64,000 nt of DNA from contig JAWLHR010000004.1 of NCBI GenBank assembly GCA_041690295.1, forward strand, positions 1 to 64,000, given 5' to 3'. Source of the DNA: Bdellovibrionales bacterium. Its GTDB lineage: Bacteria > Bdellovibrionota > Bdellovibrionia > Bdellovibrionales > UBA1609. Within the stretch, counting starts at the first letter, position 1; each line of letters begins with the position of its first letter. Below are positions 28,663 through 38,950 of the stretch, one piece after another. Under the pieces are notes generated by a model. It made no database searches. It was not told the origin of the DNA and saw only the letters and a list, made by a program, of their open reading frames with translations. A program made the translations under genes and the position numbers.

Positions 28663-30582
28663 CTAATTACAAAAAGTGAAATCAGAAATTTTGATATCAC
28701 TGATACCTAAAGAATTGGAGGTTATGCCACAAATCGTTCGCTTATCAACCGTCACATAGTTTTTTCCCATGCCGATAAGATAAAAGAGGTTTTCTGGATT
28801 GGTGGCTTTCCCAATAAAACTCTCTGGAGAGAACTTCGAAAAATATTGTGCAAAAATAGCATTTCGGAATGGCGCACCGGAAGAGAGGGGAAGGAGCAAT
28901 CCTTGCCAAGGAATAGATTTTTCAATTAAAGCTTTTTGTGCGTAATCAACCAAATCAACACAGGTTGCTTTGACATTATTCTGATTATTCCAAGCGTTGT
29001 TTAACTTCGCTTCTAGCTCTTTACAGTTGGGGAAAAAGTCGGGCAGCGCTAGATTCAAATTCATCAACGCGCGTGGACCTTTTATTTCTTTAAGACTTCC
29101 CTCAGGAACAAGACTCCGAATCGCACTATCGTCTTCATAGATTAAGCCATTCGAACGCAAATGATCTCTAATTAAATTTCGTATCTCCGCTGTGGACCAT
29201 GGAATAGCATAACGCTCCAAACTTGCGTTTGTAATAAGGTAATAAGCAAGCGGAGTCTCAACTGTTAAGTTGTGTCTGTGTTCATTAATTAATTGATTGC
29301 TTCCATAAAGTGCAACGTCAAATAGCGAATTATCATCGGTTGACGTCCAAAAGTGTATGTGGGGTATGTGATAATCGTTCGATGCGGGCACCAGATATCC
29401 CTCATGAATGGTGCCATTTAATCGTCTTATATTCGTTAAACAGTAGGGTTTAACACCAATTTTTTACGAACTCTCAAAGTCGAACGTAGACCAGCCAAAT
29501 CTGAAGTAAATGTTCATTAAACGACGGTCTAAATCGTCAGTTTGTGGTCCGCGTAAACAAACCGCATTTACGTCACGACAAAGAGACCATCCGGGAAGAA
29601 TCCATGGCTTTGCATTCATGATCAATTCAATCTCTCGTCGAATTTGCGCAACTCCAATGTTTGATTGTGAACAGTTCGTCAAAGGAGGGATCTCAAACAT
29701 TAGAATTTGGGTTGCGCATTTTGACGTCTCATCAGGAACACACTTAGATTCGTAACGTGATGTCAATGCGAACCTGGATTCCGTCTGATTATCGAAAAGC
29801 CTTGGGAAGACATGATTTGCGACGAATATTGAACTCCAGTCGTCGTAAGTCCTTGGGTCTAGCGAGACTACGGGGTGTGCAAGTTGAAGTCGTAAGCTGT
29901 TATTGGTAGTCTTATCCACATTCAAATTGTAGTGAAAGGAGGTAATTGCAATGAATATTACTGGCAGGCTATGCACCCATGAAAATATCTTTGACGGAGT
30001 TGTCGCCGCATATACTGCATACTCAGGAATTTCGGTAAGGATTTGCTCCTCCTCTATTAACCTAAGCCATATACCTAGATAAATGACCGCTGTTCCCAAA
30101 AGATTGTTCCAAGAGGGAAACAGGAAAAAATAAATCAAGACAAGGTGGACGAAACACGAGTAAATTGGGTGGCGAACTATGCTGTACATTCCCTTCGTGA
30201 CTAATTTTCTGATTGCGGGAGTGACCCCAAAGTTGCTTCCAATATTGATGTAAGAAACAATCATTAGGCCAAAGTAAAAGACTATCGCGGAAGCGGATAA
30301 GATCATTTGAAGGGCGGGAATTCTGTTAAACGATGCTGGCGGCTGAAAAATCCAAAACCCCCCAAAGCTGAGTGCTAGACCGACTAACGACCTATAAGAG
30401 ACACGTATCTTCTTTGCCTTGCTATTAAAAAGTATAAGAAAAGAAACCAGAATGGATTTTGCTAAGCCGAAAAATAAGGATTTTGTGTCACTAGATTGAG
30501 AAATTGCACTGAAGAGATAATACGCGCTCAGTAAAATTATGAGCGCGCGCTCGATGACTGCTATTGCTGCATACCCTACCAT
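28663..30582 (-). pseudogene. ICMT/PEMT-type membrane methyltransferase fused to an SBP family-5-like domain; one in-frame TAA at 29464-29466
   Basis: LVTKGMYSIVRHPIY...RLIEEEQIL...Y..Y methyltransferase motif; VVSLDP...NHVFPRLF SBP-like start; FESS*KIGVKPYCL continues in frame into ORF 28663..29391. Confidence 0.7.
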
Positions 30583-30824
30583 GGCTGATCAGATGCAGCA
30601 GGTCCTTTATTCACTATTTCTTCGAGTATTGCCTTAGTATCGGAATCTAATTGATCGATCTCTGCTAAGATTTCATTAGCTTTTTGTTCGTCAATATTAA
30701 TGGTGGCGAGAAAGGAGGATACAGCTTTTTTCAACGGAACTCGAGCAGTCTCGCTTCCAATCGCATAAACTGCGCTACAAGCGAGAAAGGTGAAAATATA
30801 GAAAGACAAAACGAATTTTTTCAT
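30576..30824 (-). CDS. Small secreted protein (82 aa) ending in ...SDQPW
   Basis: GGGAGG RBS; MKKFVLSF signal peptide; stop overlaps the methyltransferase ATG. Confidence 0.7.
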   Translation of the reverse strand: MKKFVLSFYIFTFLACSAVYAIGSETARVPLKKAVSSFLATINIDEQKANEILAEIDQLDSDTKAILEEIVNKGPAASDQPW

Positions 30825-30890
30825 AATACCTCCCAAAATAGTTAACCCACTAATTCGCGTGGTTTTTGAAATTTATCAAATAAAATCTAA

Positions 30891-31670
30891 TTATGCTTGA
30901 TAAATGTGTTGCGCACATATGGCTAACAATTTTTCCTTCTGTTCTAGCATTGGGAAGTGGCCGCATCGATCTATTCTTTTATACTCTGCGTTCGGCAAGA
31001 GCCTAGAAAGCTTGTCAAAATTCATTGTCGGGATTCGAATATCATTCTCGCCTTCGACGAATAGTAATTTGGTTGGTAACTCTGGGAGCGGTTTGCTCGA
31101 AAAGATGGAGTTCGGCAAAGGAAATCCGTCGAAACATCTTGGTACAGCCGATGGGGTATAGTTACGTACGAGTAGTTGGCGCCAACGTTCACTGTATTCG
31201 AAAAAATAAAGTGGTAATAGGCTTTCGAAATCAATCTCTTGCTTTTTACTTTGGATACGCAGTTTTTTCACACTTTCGTCCCAATGTGGGTTAGATTCCA
31301 AATTTGCTGGTGTACTAATTAGTGATATAGTCCGGAAATTAGTTTTTAATGAGGATGTCACGACATCTAAAGCGATAATTGCTCCAAGCGAATGTCCGAT
31401 TAGGTTGATATCGGTGTTTGTGATGGAGAGTTCTTTTAGGGATGAACTTACTCTGTTAACAATTTCCAAATAATTCCAGGGCACCGCCGGCATTTCCCAA
31501 GGAAGTTCAAGAATCATTACGGGGTGTTCAATTTGGAGCTGTAGATCATGGGAAAATTCATAGAGGTATTCAGGGGAAAGGCCTGGCCCTCCTGGTAATA
31601 TTACCGAGGTTTGAGAGCAATTATGTAAATTTTGCACACCATTCAGATATAAGCCTGTAGATAGCTTCAT
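30891..31670 (-). CDS. Alpha/beta hydrolase (proline iminopeptidase-like)
   Basis: PGGPG, GHSLG nucleophile elbow, GENDI, GHFPMLE. Confidence 0.82.
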   Translation of the reverse strand: MKLSTGLYLNGVQNLHNCSQTSVILPGGPGLSPEYLYEFSHDLQLQIEHPVMILELPWEMPAVPWNYLEIVNRVSSSLKELSITNTDINLIGHSLGAIIALDVVTSSLKTNFRTISLISTPANLESNPHWDESVKKLRIQSKKQEIDFESLLPLYFFEYSERWRQLLVRNYTPSAVPRCFDGFPLPNSIFSSKPLPELPTKLLFVEGENDIRIPTMNFDKLSRLLPNAEYKRIDRCGHFPMLEQKEKLLAICAQHIYQA

Positions 31671-31709
31671 CCGATGACGCAATGCGCTGTTCATGATATA
31701 GCTATTAGC

Positions 31710-33041
31710 ATGTCTAGCGCTATGGATGCAATTCGAAAAACCCAGTCACTGGAGGAATACACCTGGCGCCGGCTTCGAAGTCCGCTTTTGCTCTCGTGGA
31801 TAACGATTTTGATTTTCGCAGCTATGATGACGTTATCTATTGTCGCCGTAATAAAGATTAATCAGCTTCGGTCTAATTTATACGTACTCAAAAGAACGGT
31901 GGTCGCAGCAATCAATGCGGCTGATTGGGACCTCGCAAATAGTCATATCGAAGTTACTGTCTCAAAGTACAATTTTGCGCGCATTACACTTTACTCAACG
32001 TCCGATAGGTTAATTGGTCCGATTGGAGATTCTAATGGAGGAATTTTTGAGTATTGTTCTTCCACGGCGGGTGGTGCGCTCAACGTTTCCGGATGCACAA
32101 GTTTAATCAATAAAAATGAGCTCCTTTTTTTATTTGGATTCGCGGTTGTTTTCATAGTCTCGCTCTTCGTCGGCATTCTTGTTTTTCGGTCAAATAACAA
32201 AAGGTTCATTGGTGATGTGGGTAGATTTCTTCGAGAATTGGGGAGCAATCGTGGATCTGTTAATTCGAGCCAAGCTCTGAATTCAGTGAGTGAGTTGATA
32301 GATTTGCAGGTTCAGTTCGAAAAGTTAATTAATGAGATTGAGAAGAGTGCAAGATTGAAGGCAACTGCGGATATTGCGGCCAGTCTTGCTCATGACCTGC
32401 GATCGCCTTTAACGGCATTGAGAGTGCTGGCGCAAGCAGGCGGTTTTGATGGAGAAAAGAAAAAGCTTTTGGAGTCGGCAATTTGCCGGACCGATGATTT
32501 AGCTGAGAAGTTACTGATGAATGTAAAAAATGGTGTGGAACAAGTTAACGATACTTCTGGATCCGAGTTGCTAAGGAATAACGTCTTCGAGGTGGATGCG
32601 ATAGAAGAACTTTTCAAAGAGAAGCAGATAGAGTTTTCGAAAGAATCAATTCGAATGACGTTTGAAAACAAAGTACCTAAGAAGATTGCTTGTGTAGGTG
32701 ACAAGTTTGAGGTTTTCAGAGTCATATCAAACATCTTGAATAACGGAAGAGATGCGATTGCCGGAAGAAGTAATGGTCACTTATCACTCGTTGTGGAGCC
32801 TGATTCAGAGTTTATCTCCTTCATAATCCGCGATAGTGGAATTGGGATACCCGAAAATAAATTACCTGAATTGATGCGAGTGCGTAGGAGTTACAAAGCG
32901 CAAGGCAACGGGATAGGTTTATTTAATGCGAAGCGAACAATCGAAAAGTTCGGGGGAAAGATCAGTATTGAATCTGTTGAAAGTGTTGGGACAACAGTTC
33001 GTGTTATTTTGCCTAGTGTTGGCGTGAATTCCGATGTCTAA
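31710..33041 (+). CDS. Membrane sensor histidine kinase (start uncertain)
   Basis: Two TM helices around a periplasmic domain; AHDLRSPL, NILNNGRDA, DSGIGI, GNGIGL. Confidence 0.88.
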   Translation: MSSAMDAIRKTQSLEEYTWRRLRSPLLLSWITILIFAAMMTLSIVAVIKINQLRSNLYVLKRTVVAAINAADWDLANSHIEVTVSKYNFARITLYSTSDRLIGPIGDSNGGIFEYCSSTAGGALNVSGCTSLINKNELLFLFGFAVVFIVSLFVGILVFRSNNKRFIGDVGRFLRELGSNRGSVNSSQALNSVSELIDLQVQFEKLINEIEKSARLKATADIAASLAHDLRSPLTALRVLAQAGGFDGEKKKLLESAICRTDDLAEKLLMNVKNGVEQVNDTSGSELLRNNVFEVDAIEELFKEKQIEFSKESIRMTFENKVPKKIACVGDKFEVFRVISNILNNGRDAIAGRSNGHLSLVVEPDSEFISFIIRDSGIGIPENKLPELMRVRRSYKAQGNGIGLFNAKRTIEKFGGKISIESVESVGTTVRVILPSVGVNSDV

Positions 33042-34341
33042 AAAGTCCTGTATTATTGCAGTATGGTTAGCGATTCTTTTGATGTGGCAATCTGTGCGGG
33101 GAGCACCGGTTGATTCCAGAGCTGCTCAAGATTTTGATTCTTTTGTTGCCTCCCTTCCGAAGGATTTCGTTAAAGGGTTTGTTGAAGTTCCATTGGATTG
33201 GGACAATCCGGCGGGTCCCAAGGTCAAAGTATTTTATTATGGACGTGTTGAAGGATCGTTTGACGGTCGAACTGTATCACCAGTGCTGTTCATAAATGGC
33301 GGCCCGGGTTTTTCCAGCTGGGATTCGTATCATAAAATAAATCAGATTCCTCAAATGAGAAACGCTCCAATAATTTTCATTGACCAAAGGGGAACGGGTT
33401 TTTCAAGTGCCTATCCATCAATGGAAAACAAAGAATCGCGTTCTTATACAAAATACTACGGCTCAAGAGAAATAGTTCGAGATATTGAATATATTAGGAC
33501 GAGACTTCTTAAAAAGGACACTGCATGGCATGTTGTTGGACATAGTTATGGTTCCCTTATTTTGTACAGATATCTGATTGATTATCCGGATAAAATACGA
33601 TCTGCGCATGCGCTAAGCTTCGCATTGCACGACAATCCTAACCGATATTTAGATTTCCGACTTCTTGGGCTGCGAAAGGCAATTGAACAATATTTAGCAA
33701 AATACCCAAAAGATTTGGTGATAATTGAAGGACTTAAAGACTATTTAGCGAATGGAGCGTGCGACCGAGCATTCATCGATCTATTTATCAGCAGGATACA
33801 CAATCGGGAGAGCTGGAAGAGCTTGCATTTGGATCTGCTAGATCTGATGCGCAATCCGAAGTTTGTCGATCTTCAATTTCACAAAAAGGTCACAGTCGAT
33901 TCGCATCAATCTAGTTGCGCCCTTCAGCCACAGCAAATTATCGACTACATTGAGATTACTGGCGGCGATAATATGGAAGATTCGCTTCGGAGATTGTCTG
34001 ACAAGGACAACCTAATTTTAAGTATATTGTATAACACGCAGGACCGTAAGTCTCCGGTGAGAGCTGATGTTGCAGAGATCTTGAGACCCGAATTTAAAAG
34101 ATTGTCTCGGCGTATAAGTATACGTGATATAAAAAAAGCGAACGTTACCGGTAAGTTCAAAGTTTACGTTGGTAATTCCGATTACATCGTGCCTGTTGAG
34201 AGTTTTGAAAAGATGAGAAATGAGTTTGGAAACCTCCTAGATTTCCATGTGATTAAAGGAGCAGGTCACTTTGATATTGTTTCTAATCTAACGGCTTGGC
34301 AAAAAATCTTCGGCAACGACTGTGAGGGTATTCTTCAATAA
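33034..34341 (+). CDS. Secreted alpha/beta hydrolase (prolyl/tripeptidyl aminopeptidase-like)
   Basis: Signal peptide; VPLDW, NGGPG, DQRGTG.S, GHSYG, D.IVP, AGH. Confidence 0.85.
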   Translation: MSKKSCIIAVWLAILLMWQSVRGAPVDSRAAQDFDSFVASLPKDFVKGFVEVPLDWDNPAGPKVKVFYYGRVEGSFDGRTVSPVLFINGGPGFSSWDSYHKINQIPQMRNAPIIFIDQRGTGFSSAYPSMENKESRSYTKYYGSREIVRDIEYIRTRLLKKDTAWHVVGHSYGSLILYRYLIDYPDKIRSAHALSFALHDNPNRYLDFRLLGLRKAIEQYLAKYPKDLVIIEGLKDYLANGACDRAFIDLFISRIHNRESWKSLHLDLLDLMRNPKFVDLQFHKKVTVDSHQSSCALQPQQIIDYIEITGGDNMEDSLRRLSDKDNLILSILYNTQDRKSPVRADVAEILRPEFKRLSRRISIRDIKKANVTGKFKVYVGNSDYIVPVESFEKMRNEFGNLLDFHVIKGAGHFDIVSNLTAWQKIFGNDCEGILQ

Positions 34342-34435
34342 CCCGCTATAGATGAGAGCGTTGCCAACTAAACACTCTCATCCGTTACGACTCTCAAGGA
34401 ATCATTTTATCAATTCCAATAGCTGCTAAGATGAA

Positions 34436-35392
34436 CTAATACCTTTGGATGTATCTCAGGCGCTTAGCCGAGCGCTTCTTCTTCGTCACTTTCTTTTTGT
34501 GCACCCGTTTCACGGACGGTTTCCGCGACGAAACGGATCCTCCCTTGTCATTGGGCGGAACAAGGCAGCCATGAAATTTATAGGGAACGCGTCCGCGGCC
34601 GCTTCGGCTATTCAGAAAAGGAGAGGAGTAAATCCCGGCCCCTTTCCATTTGTTCGAGCCAATCTTGATCGCGGCGTGACCGCAATAGCTTTTTCCGCAG
34701 CGACGGCCACCGCCGAAAAAGCAGGCCGTTCCGATCGGAACCGAGCTCGAATAACTGATCGGCGACCAACCGGCCGCTTTGTATCTGGGATAAGCCATTG
34801 AAGCCATCGGAATTCCTTGCGGGACACGGCGAGTGAAACGGGCGGCGGTGATGCGCACGTCGCGCAAACAATAGGTCATGCCGCCACGTCCGCCCCGACG
34901 ACGGGACCGCCCGCCACCACGTCGAGCCACTTCCGTCGCCGCGTATTCCGCGTCTTCCAGCACAATTCCAAGATCGGCGAAAAATTCAAGAGCTTCGACG
35001 TCGATGAATTCCGGTTGGGCATTGACCAGATCCGATGTGTGAACCCAGGCGATCACCGGCTCATTCGGTGTCACTCCGGGATTTTCCGGACTGATGTCTT
35101 CGTCAATACCGATCAAGACAAACGCGCCGTCAGGTGAGAATTCCAGTACATTGATTTCAGTGCCAGGGACGAGAGTCAGACGGGGTTTATTGAAAGTTTC
35201 TTCTTCGCCATCGGCGATCATCGGCTGCAATGAAACAGCTCGCTTCAATTTGTACCAGTGATCCACTTTGAGCGCCGGCTCAGAGGCATTGGATGAAAAG
35301 ATATCATCCGTGGGTAAGGCGGCGGTCGCGGTCGTCGCGTGCAGAACGGCCGCTGTCAAAAAAAGGATTATTCGAGAGAAGAATACTTTCAT
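34436..35392 (-). CDS. Secreted protein with C-terminal CHAP/NlpC-P60-like domain
   Basis: Signal peptide; SH3-like acidic N-terminal part; TYCLRDVR...GTACFF...GHAAIK Cys-His pattern; Lys/Arg tail. Confidence 0.65.
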   Translation of the reverse strand: MKVFFSRIILFLTAAVLHATTATAALPTDDIFSSNASEPALKVDHWYKLKRAVSLQPMIADGEEETFNKPRLTLVPGTEINVLEFSPDGAFVLIGIDEDISPENPGVTPNEPVIAWVHTSDLVNAQPEFIDVEALEFFADLGIVLEDAEYAATEVARRGGGRSRRRGGRGGMTYCLRDVRITAARFTRRVPQGIPMASMAYPRYKAAGWSPISYSSSVPIGTACFFGGGRRCGKSYCGHAAIKIGSNKWKGAGIYSSPFLNSRSGRGRVPYKFHGCLVPPNDKGGSVSSRKPSVKRVHKKKVTKKKRSAKRLRYIQRY

Positions 35393-35543
35393 TTGGAAAT
35401 CCTTTCGTTTTCGCATCCCCGAGTCTTATTGGGGAACGGCCCGAGGAATGCGGTTTTGAATTTTTTTGAGTGAACGTGTGTAAACGGGAACGTGGGAAAA
35501 ATGTAGGGTAAAAATTTGAATGCCTAATCGGTATGCAGTGAGC

Positions 35544-35559
35544 AGGCGTGCGGATTGCA
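35544..35559 (+). promoter_or_regulatory. Possible sigma54 promoter
   Basis: AGGCGTGCGGATTGCA, GG-N10-GC. Confidence 0.35.
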
Positions 35560-35661
35560 AGTTTGGCCGCCAGACGTGAATAAGTCGCCAATAATCCGAT
35601 TTTATGCTGGGTTTTGGTGCCGTTTTTTGCGACTGGTGTCATTCGTGGGCATGGAGGAAAA

Positions 35662-37617
35662 ATGAAGAGTCTATTAATGGTGGTTACTTTGGTGCTGGCA
35701 ACCAGCTCCAGCGGGGCGCACGGGTTTTGGAGGCTGAGCGAAGGTTATAAAAGACAAGCTCAAGGTTTCAGCAATCAGACATTAGTGAGGGAACTCAACA
35801 GTCCGACTTGGACCTGGATGTGGAGAACTCCCCATCATATTATTTCCGAAATCGAAATTCGCGCCAACGCTTCTGAGAGGGAAGCCGAAGATTTGCTCAC
35901 GAAGCTGATGGCGAGCTTGTTGGAAAAAGGCTCCGCGGCGGATTATGTGGACTCCACTTACGGTTACCTTCTTCAACTTTCCGAAGTCCGTGGGGTATCG
36001 AGTGAAATGATCAGCTCCCTCATCAAGACTAAAGTGGAATGCAAACTCCAAAAGAAGGACTACACATCTTTCTGTGAAAAGTTGACGAAGTTTCTAGATA
36101 GCCGAATGAAGGCTGACTTCAAAAGCTTGTCTGTTCAGGCATTGATGGATTTGATCCGTTATTTCTCGGGTCGCGATAGAGACGTGAAATATGAACGGCA
36201 GGTTATTGACGCCTTCATCGCGAACGCTCAAATTCAAAGTGTCGGGCCCGTCCTCCAAGTTTCAAAAGTTCTGTACCTGGGGGCGACAGTTGTTAAACCT
36301 TCTTTGATTGATTATCGCGCGGAAATCCTTCACTTCTTCGTAAAGAAGTTCAAAAAAGAAATTGTTACGCACTCGATTGAAATCATTAAGGCCACCACTA
36401 TTACCAGTGAGTTCGAATATAAAATCATCAAGCCCGACATCGAAATCGTCACTCAATACGGTGGGAAAGAGGGCTTGGCTCAGATTTCGGCCCAGTTAAT
36501 GAAAGCCTTGTCGGCGCTCGAAGCTCAGAAAAGCAAAGAGGCCGCGGTTTTGGCCGAGACGCTGGTTCGCGGCGGCTCATATGGTGGGGGAGGAAGTTCC
36601 GGGGGCGGAATCGGCGGTGGTGGCTCTGGGAACGCTTCCATTGCGCTCGGCCGTTCGATCGGCGGTGGCTACGTTTCCGGCACGATCAACGCCTCGGAAG
36701 TGATCCGTTATTTCAAATCACTGGCCGAGACGGAATTGTTGCGCATTATCTCCTCGATCTCCAACGTGATCGCTGACATCTGTCAAACAGCGAAAAAGAA
36801 AAATGACATCGAGGTGTCCAAGCTTTGTATTAATACGATCGTTCCCAAGGTGATCCGTCGCGGAGAACAGATGCAGCTTAACGGGGAATTGAGAGACGGG
36901 CTCGCAAACCTGATTAATCAGATCGTGTCATCTTCCATTAAAGAGTGGGATGAAGAGAGTTTCTCGCTTGAGTGTACGGAACACAATTTGGTTGAACAGG
37001 CGAAAAATCGCGCGGAGCTGATCGCCAAACTCAATACAATGGACCCCTATCTTATAACTTCAACGAAAAAATTCGATGTGAAGTTCATCAATTGTCAGAA
37101 TGAGAATACGGACTCGATGAGGGGTATTCATGTAGATCCGTATGCCATGCTCCACTACAGCCGGACGGGTGTCCCAGCTCGTGTGGATGAATCCAATCGC
37201 CGGATTGATATATGTGAAGACTTTGGTGTTAAGAAATTCATGAGCCCAAATGACTATCTGACATATCTTCGTCGGAGTTCGTCGCTCCTGACGGCTCTAC
37301 TTGTCACTATGGAATCCACGCATTCGTCACCGCATGTTCGAAAAGAGTTGAGGGAAATTCATATGAGTCTGGATCTGAACAATAAAGCGTTCATCGGTGT
37401 GGAGCGCGTGTTCAGTGAAGATAAGGATGACTGCAGTGTGGTTTACTCGCTGAACGACACTTCTCGTTTTGACGCTATTTTGAATCCGGACCTGTTGAAC
37501 GCGTGTAATCGCAAGCAGAAAAGGATGAACTGCTCAGGCAAAAACGGTCAGGTGATTTGCGATCAATATGGTAAACGCCAGTTGAAGTTAAGTGTGGAGC
37601 GATCTTGTCAAAGTTAA
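35662..37617 (+). CDS. Large secreted hypothetical protein with central Gly-rich tract
   Basis: GGAGG RBS, signal peptide, GGSYGGGGSSGGGIGGGGSG, Cys-rich C-terminus. Confidence 0.75.
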   Translation: MKSLLMVVTLVLATSSSGAHGFWRLSEGYKRQAQGFSNQTLVRELNSPTWTWMWRTPHHIISEIEIRANASEREAEDLLTKLMASLLEKGSAADYVDSTYGYLLQLSEVRGVSSEMISSLIKTKVECKLQKKDYTSFCEKLTKFLDSRMKADFKSLSVQALMDLIRYFSGRDRDVKYERQVIDAFIANAQIQSVGPVLQVSKVLYLGATVVKPSLIDYRAEILHFFVKKFKKEIVTHSIEIIKATTITSEFEYKIIKPDIEIVTQYGGKEGLAQISAQLMKALSALEAQKSKEAAVLAETLVRGGSYGGGGSSGGGIGGGGSGNASIALGRSIGGGYVSGTINASEVIRYFKSLAETELLRIISSISNVIADICQTAKKKNDIEVSKLCINTIVPKVIRRGEQMQLNGELRDGLANLINQIVSSSIKEWDEESFSLECTEHNLVEQAKNRAELIAKLNTMDPYLITSTKKFDVKFINCQNENTDSMRGIHVDPYAMLHYSRTGVPARVDESNRRIDICEDFGVKKFMSPNDYLTYLRRSSSLLTALLVTMESTHSSPHVRKELREIHMSLDLNNKAFIGVERVFSEDKDDCSVVYSLNDTSRFDAILNPDLLNACNRKQKRMNCSGKNGQVICDQYGKRQLKLSVERSCQS

Positions 37618-37631
37618 AGAAGATACGTTTT

Positions 37632-38057
37632 ATGAAAAAGATTTTGCTTATTGTTTTAGCGGTGCTTATGGGAACTGCCGCCAATGCGGTTCCTCTCGAT
37701 AATGGATTGTATATCCAGGCCGCGTTTAACGAAGTCACCAACGCCATAGTCGTTGGGGATATGTTGAGATATGGTAAGACCCAAGATGAAGCTCTGACTC
37801 AGGATCAGTTGGAATCCATTCTAACGGCCTATTGCGACGGCCAAAAAAACGCCCTGAGAGCGTTTGATTATGTCTTTTTGGGCGAGGATGATGAGCGGGC
37901 TCACCTGGTGCGGGCCGCGAAAAATGCATTAGCGGAAATGGGCTGCGATCCATCGAAGACTGCGCAAGAGTACAAATCTCTCGACGACTACCGCGCCAAG
38001 GTCAGTGCCCTCATTGTGGCTTATTCGAATCTTAAAGAATATCTCGCTGCTGACTAG
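37632..38057 (+). CDS. Small secreted hypothetical protein
   Basis: MKKILLIVLAVLMGTAANA signal peptide; two Cys. Confidence 0.7.
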   Translation: MKKILLIVLAVLMGTAANAVPLDNGLYIQAAFNEVTNAIVVGDMLRYGKTQDEALTQDQLESILTAYCDGQKNALRAFDYVFLGEDDERAHLVRAAKNALAEMGCDPSKTAQEYKSLDDYRAKVSALIVAYSNLKEYLAAD

Positions 38058-38066
38058 TTCCCACGG

Positions 38067-38089
38067 AAAGGGGGTCACGCTCCCTTTTT
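38067..38089. terminator. Probable terminator between convergent genes
   Basis: AAAGGGGG-TCACG-CTCCCTTTTT hairpin. Confidence 0.5.
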
Positions 38090-38615
38090 AAGGCGAATCC
38101 ACTTTCACAAAACTTAAATAATACTTCAGCTCTCCGATGGACTCCTGAATGTCTTCCAGGGCACGATGCACGTCGTTCTTTTTGAACTTCTTGCCGTAAA
38201 GCCCATTGAAAACCACTTTAAACGAGGTCACATCCAGCATTCGGTAGTGCAAGGTGGCCTCAAATAGCGGCATGTATTTCTTAATGAATAAACGATCCTG
38301 GCCGATGGAATTGCCAGCGAGTAAAACGCGCTCATCGGGAAAGTACTGTTTGGCCAGATCCGCCAGATCCTGATCCACCACGCGGGGATCTTTTCCATTG
38401 GGAATCAAATCCAGTAGACCGCTTTCTTTATGGTGTTTCTGATTCCAGTCATCCATGGCGAGAAGGTATTTCTCCGGCTGGCGAATGACCGCATGATACT
38501 GCGCCAACGGATTGAACTGCCAATCGGTGATGATGGCCGCGACCTCAATGGGCACTTCCTTTTCCACATCCAAGCCCGTCATTTCCATATCCAGCCAAAA
38601 CAAATTACCTTTCAT
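38088..38615 (-). CDS. orn: Oligoribonuclease
   Basis: WLDMEMTGL, HHKESGL, LAGNSI..DR.F, HYR.LDV, HRALEDI.ES. Confidence 0.95.
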   Translation of the reverse strand: MKGNLFWLDMEMTGLDVEKEVPIEVAAIITDWQFNPLAQYHAVIRQPEKYLLAMDDWNQKHHKESGLLDLIPNGKDPRVVDQDLADLAKQYFPDERVLLAGNSIGQDRLFIKKYMPLFEATLHYRMLDVTSFKVVFNGLYGKKFKKNDVHRALEDIQESIGELKYYLSFVKVDSP

Positions 38616-38651
38616 GCGCTTTCACCTCTGTCCCGAAGTCCGCTTTCCACA

Positions 38652-38897
38652 TCATTTCATAAAAACAACCATCACGCCTTCATTGACTTGACCATTTTCG
38701 AGCCGTTCAAACTGCCATGGATAATTGGCAAGTTTAAGGTATTGTTCAACCTGAGCCTTCACTTTTCCCGTGCCTTTACCGGGCATGATGCGGACCCGCG
38801 GTGCCGAGCTGTGCCGAGTGAGAAATTTCTCAACAGCGTCAAAAACCTCATCCGCCCGGTAACCATGCAAATCAAGTGTGGGTGGCTTCTTTTTCAA
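38652..38897 (-). CDS. Stand-alone Smr domain protein
   Basis: LDLHG, IMPGKGTG, NEG. Confidence 0.85.
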   Translation of the reverse strand: MKKKPPTLDLHGYRADEVFDAVEKFLTRHSSAPRVRIMPGKGTGKVKAQVEQYLKLANYPWQFERLENGQVNEGVMVVFMK

Positions 38898-38950
38898 GGC
38901 GACAACCCTCCGCGAAACGCATAATCGCTCAAGTCATTTCATGCCAAATC

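Larger units (their letters stand above)
28633..34435. other. AT-rich genomic island
   Basis: Abrupt visible shift to A/T-rich sequence and codon usage after 28632, returning near 34440; no integrase seen. Confidence 0.75.

Noticed and set aside
1159..29466. TAA reassignment suggested by two in-frame TAA codons (1159-61 and 29464-66)
   Set aside because: Core genes such as fumC, ahcY, ettA and tatA end correctly at TAA; isolated nonsense mutations or read errors explain both cases.
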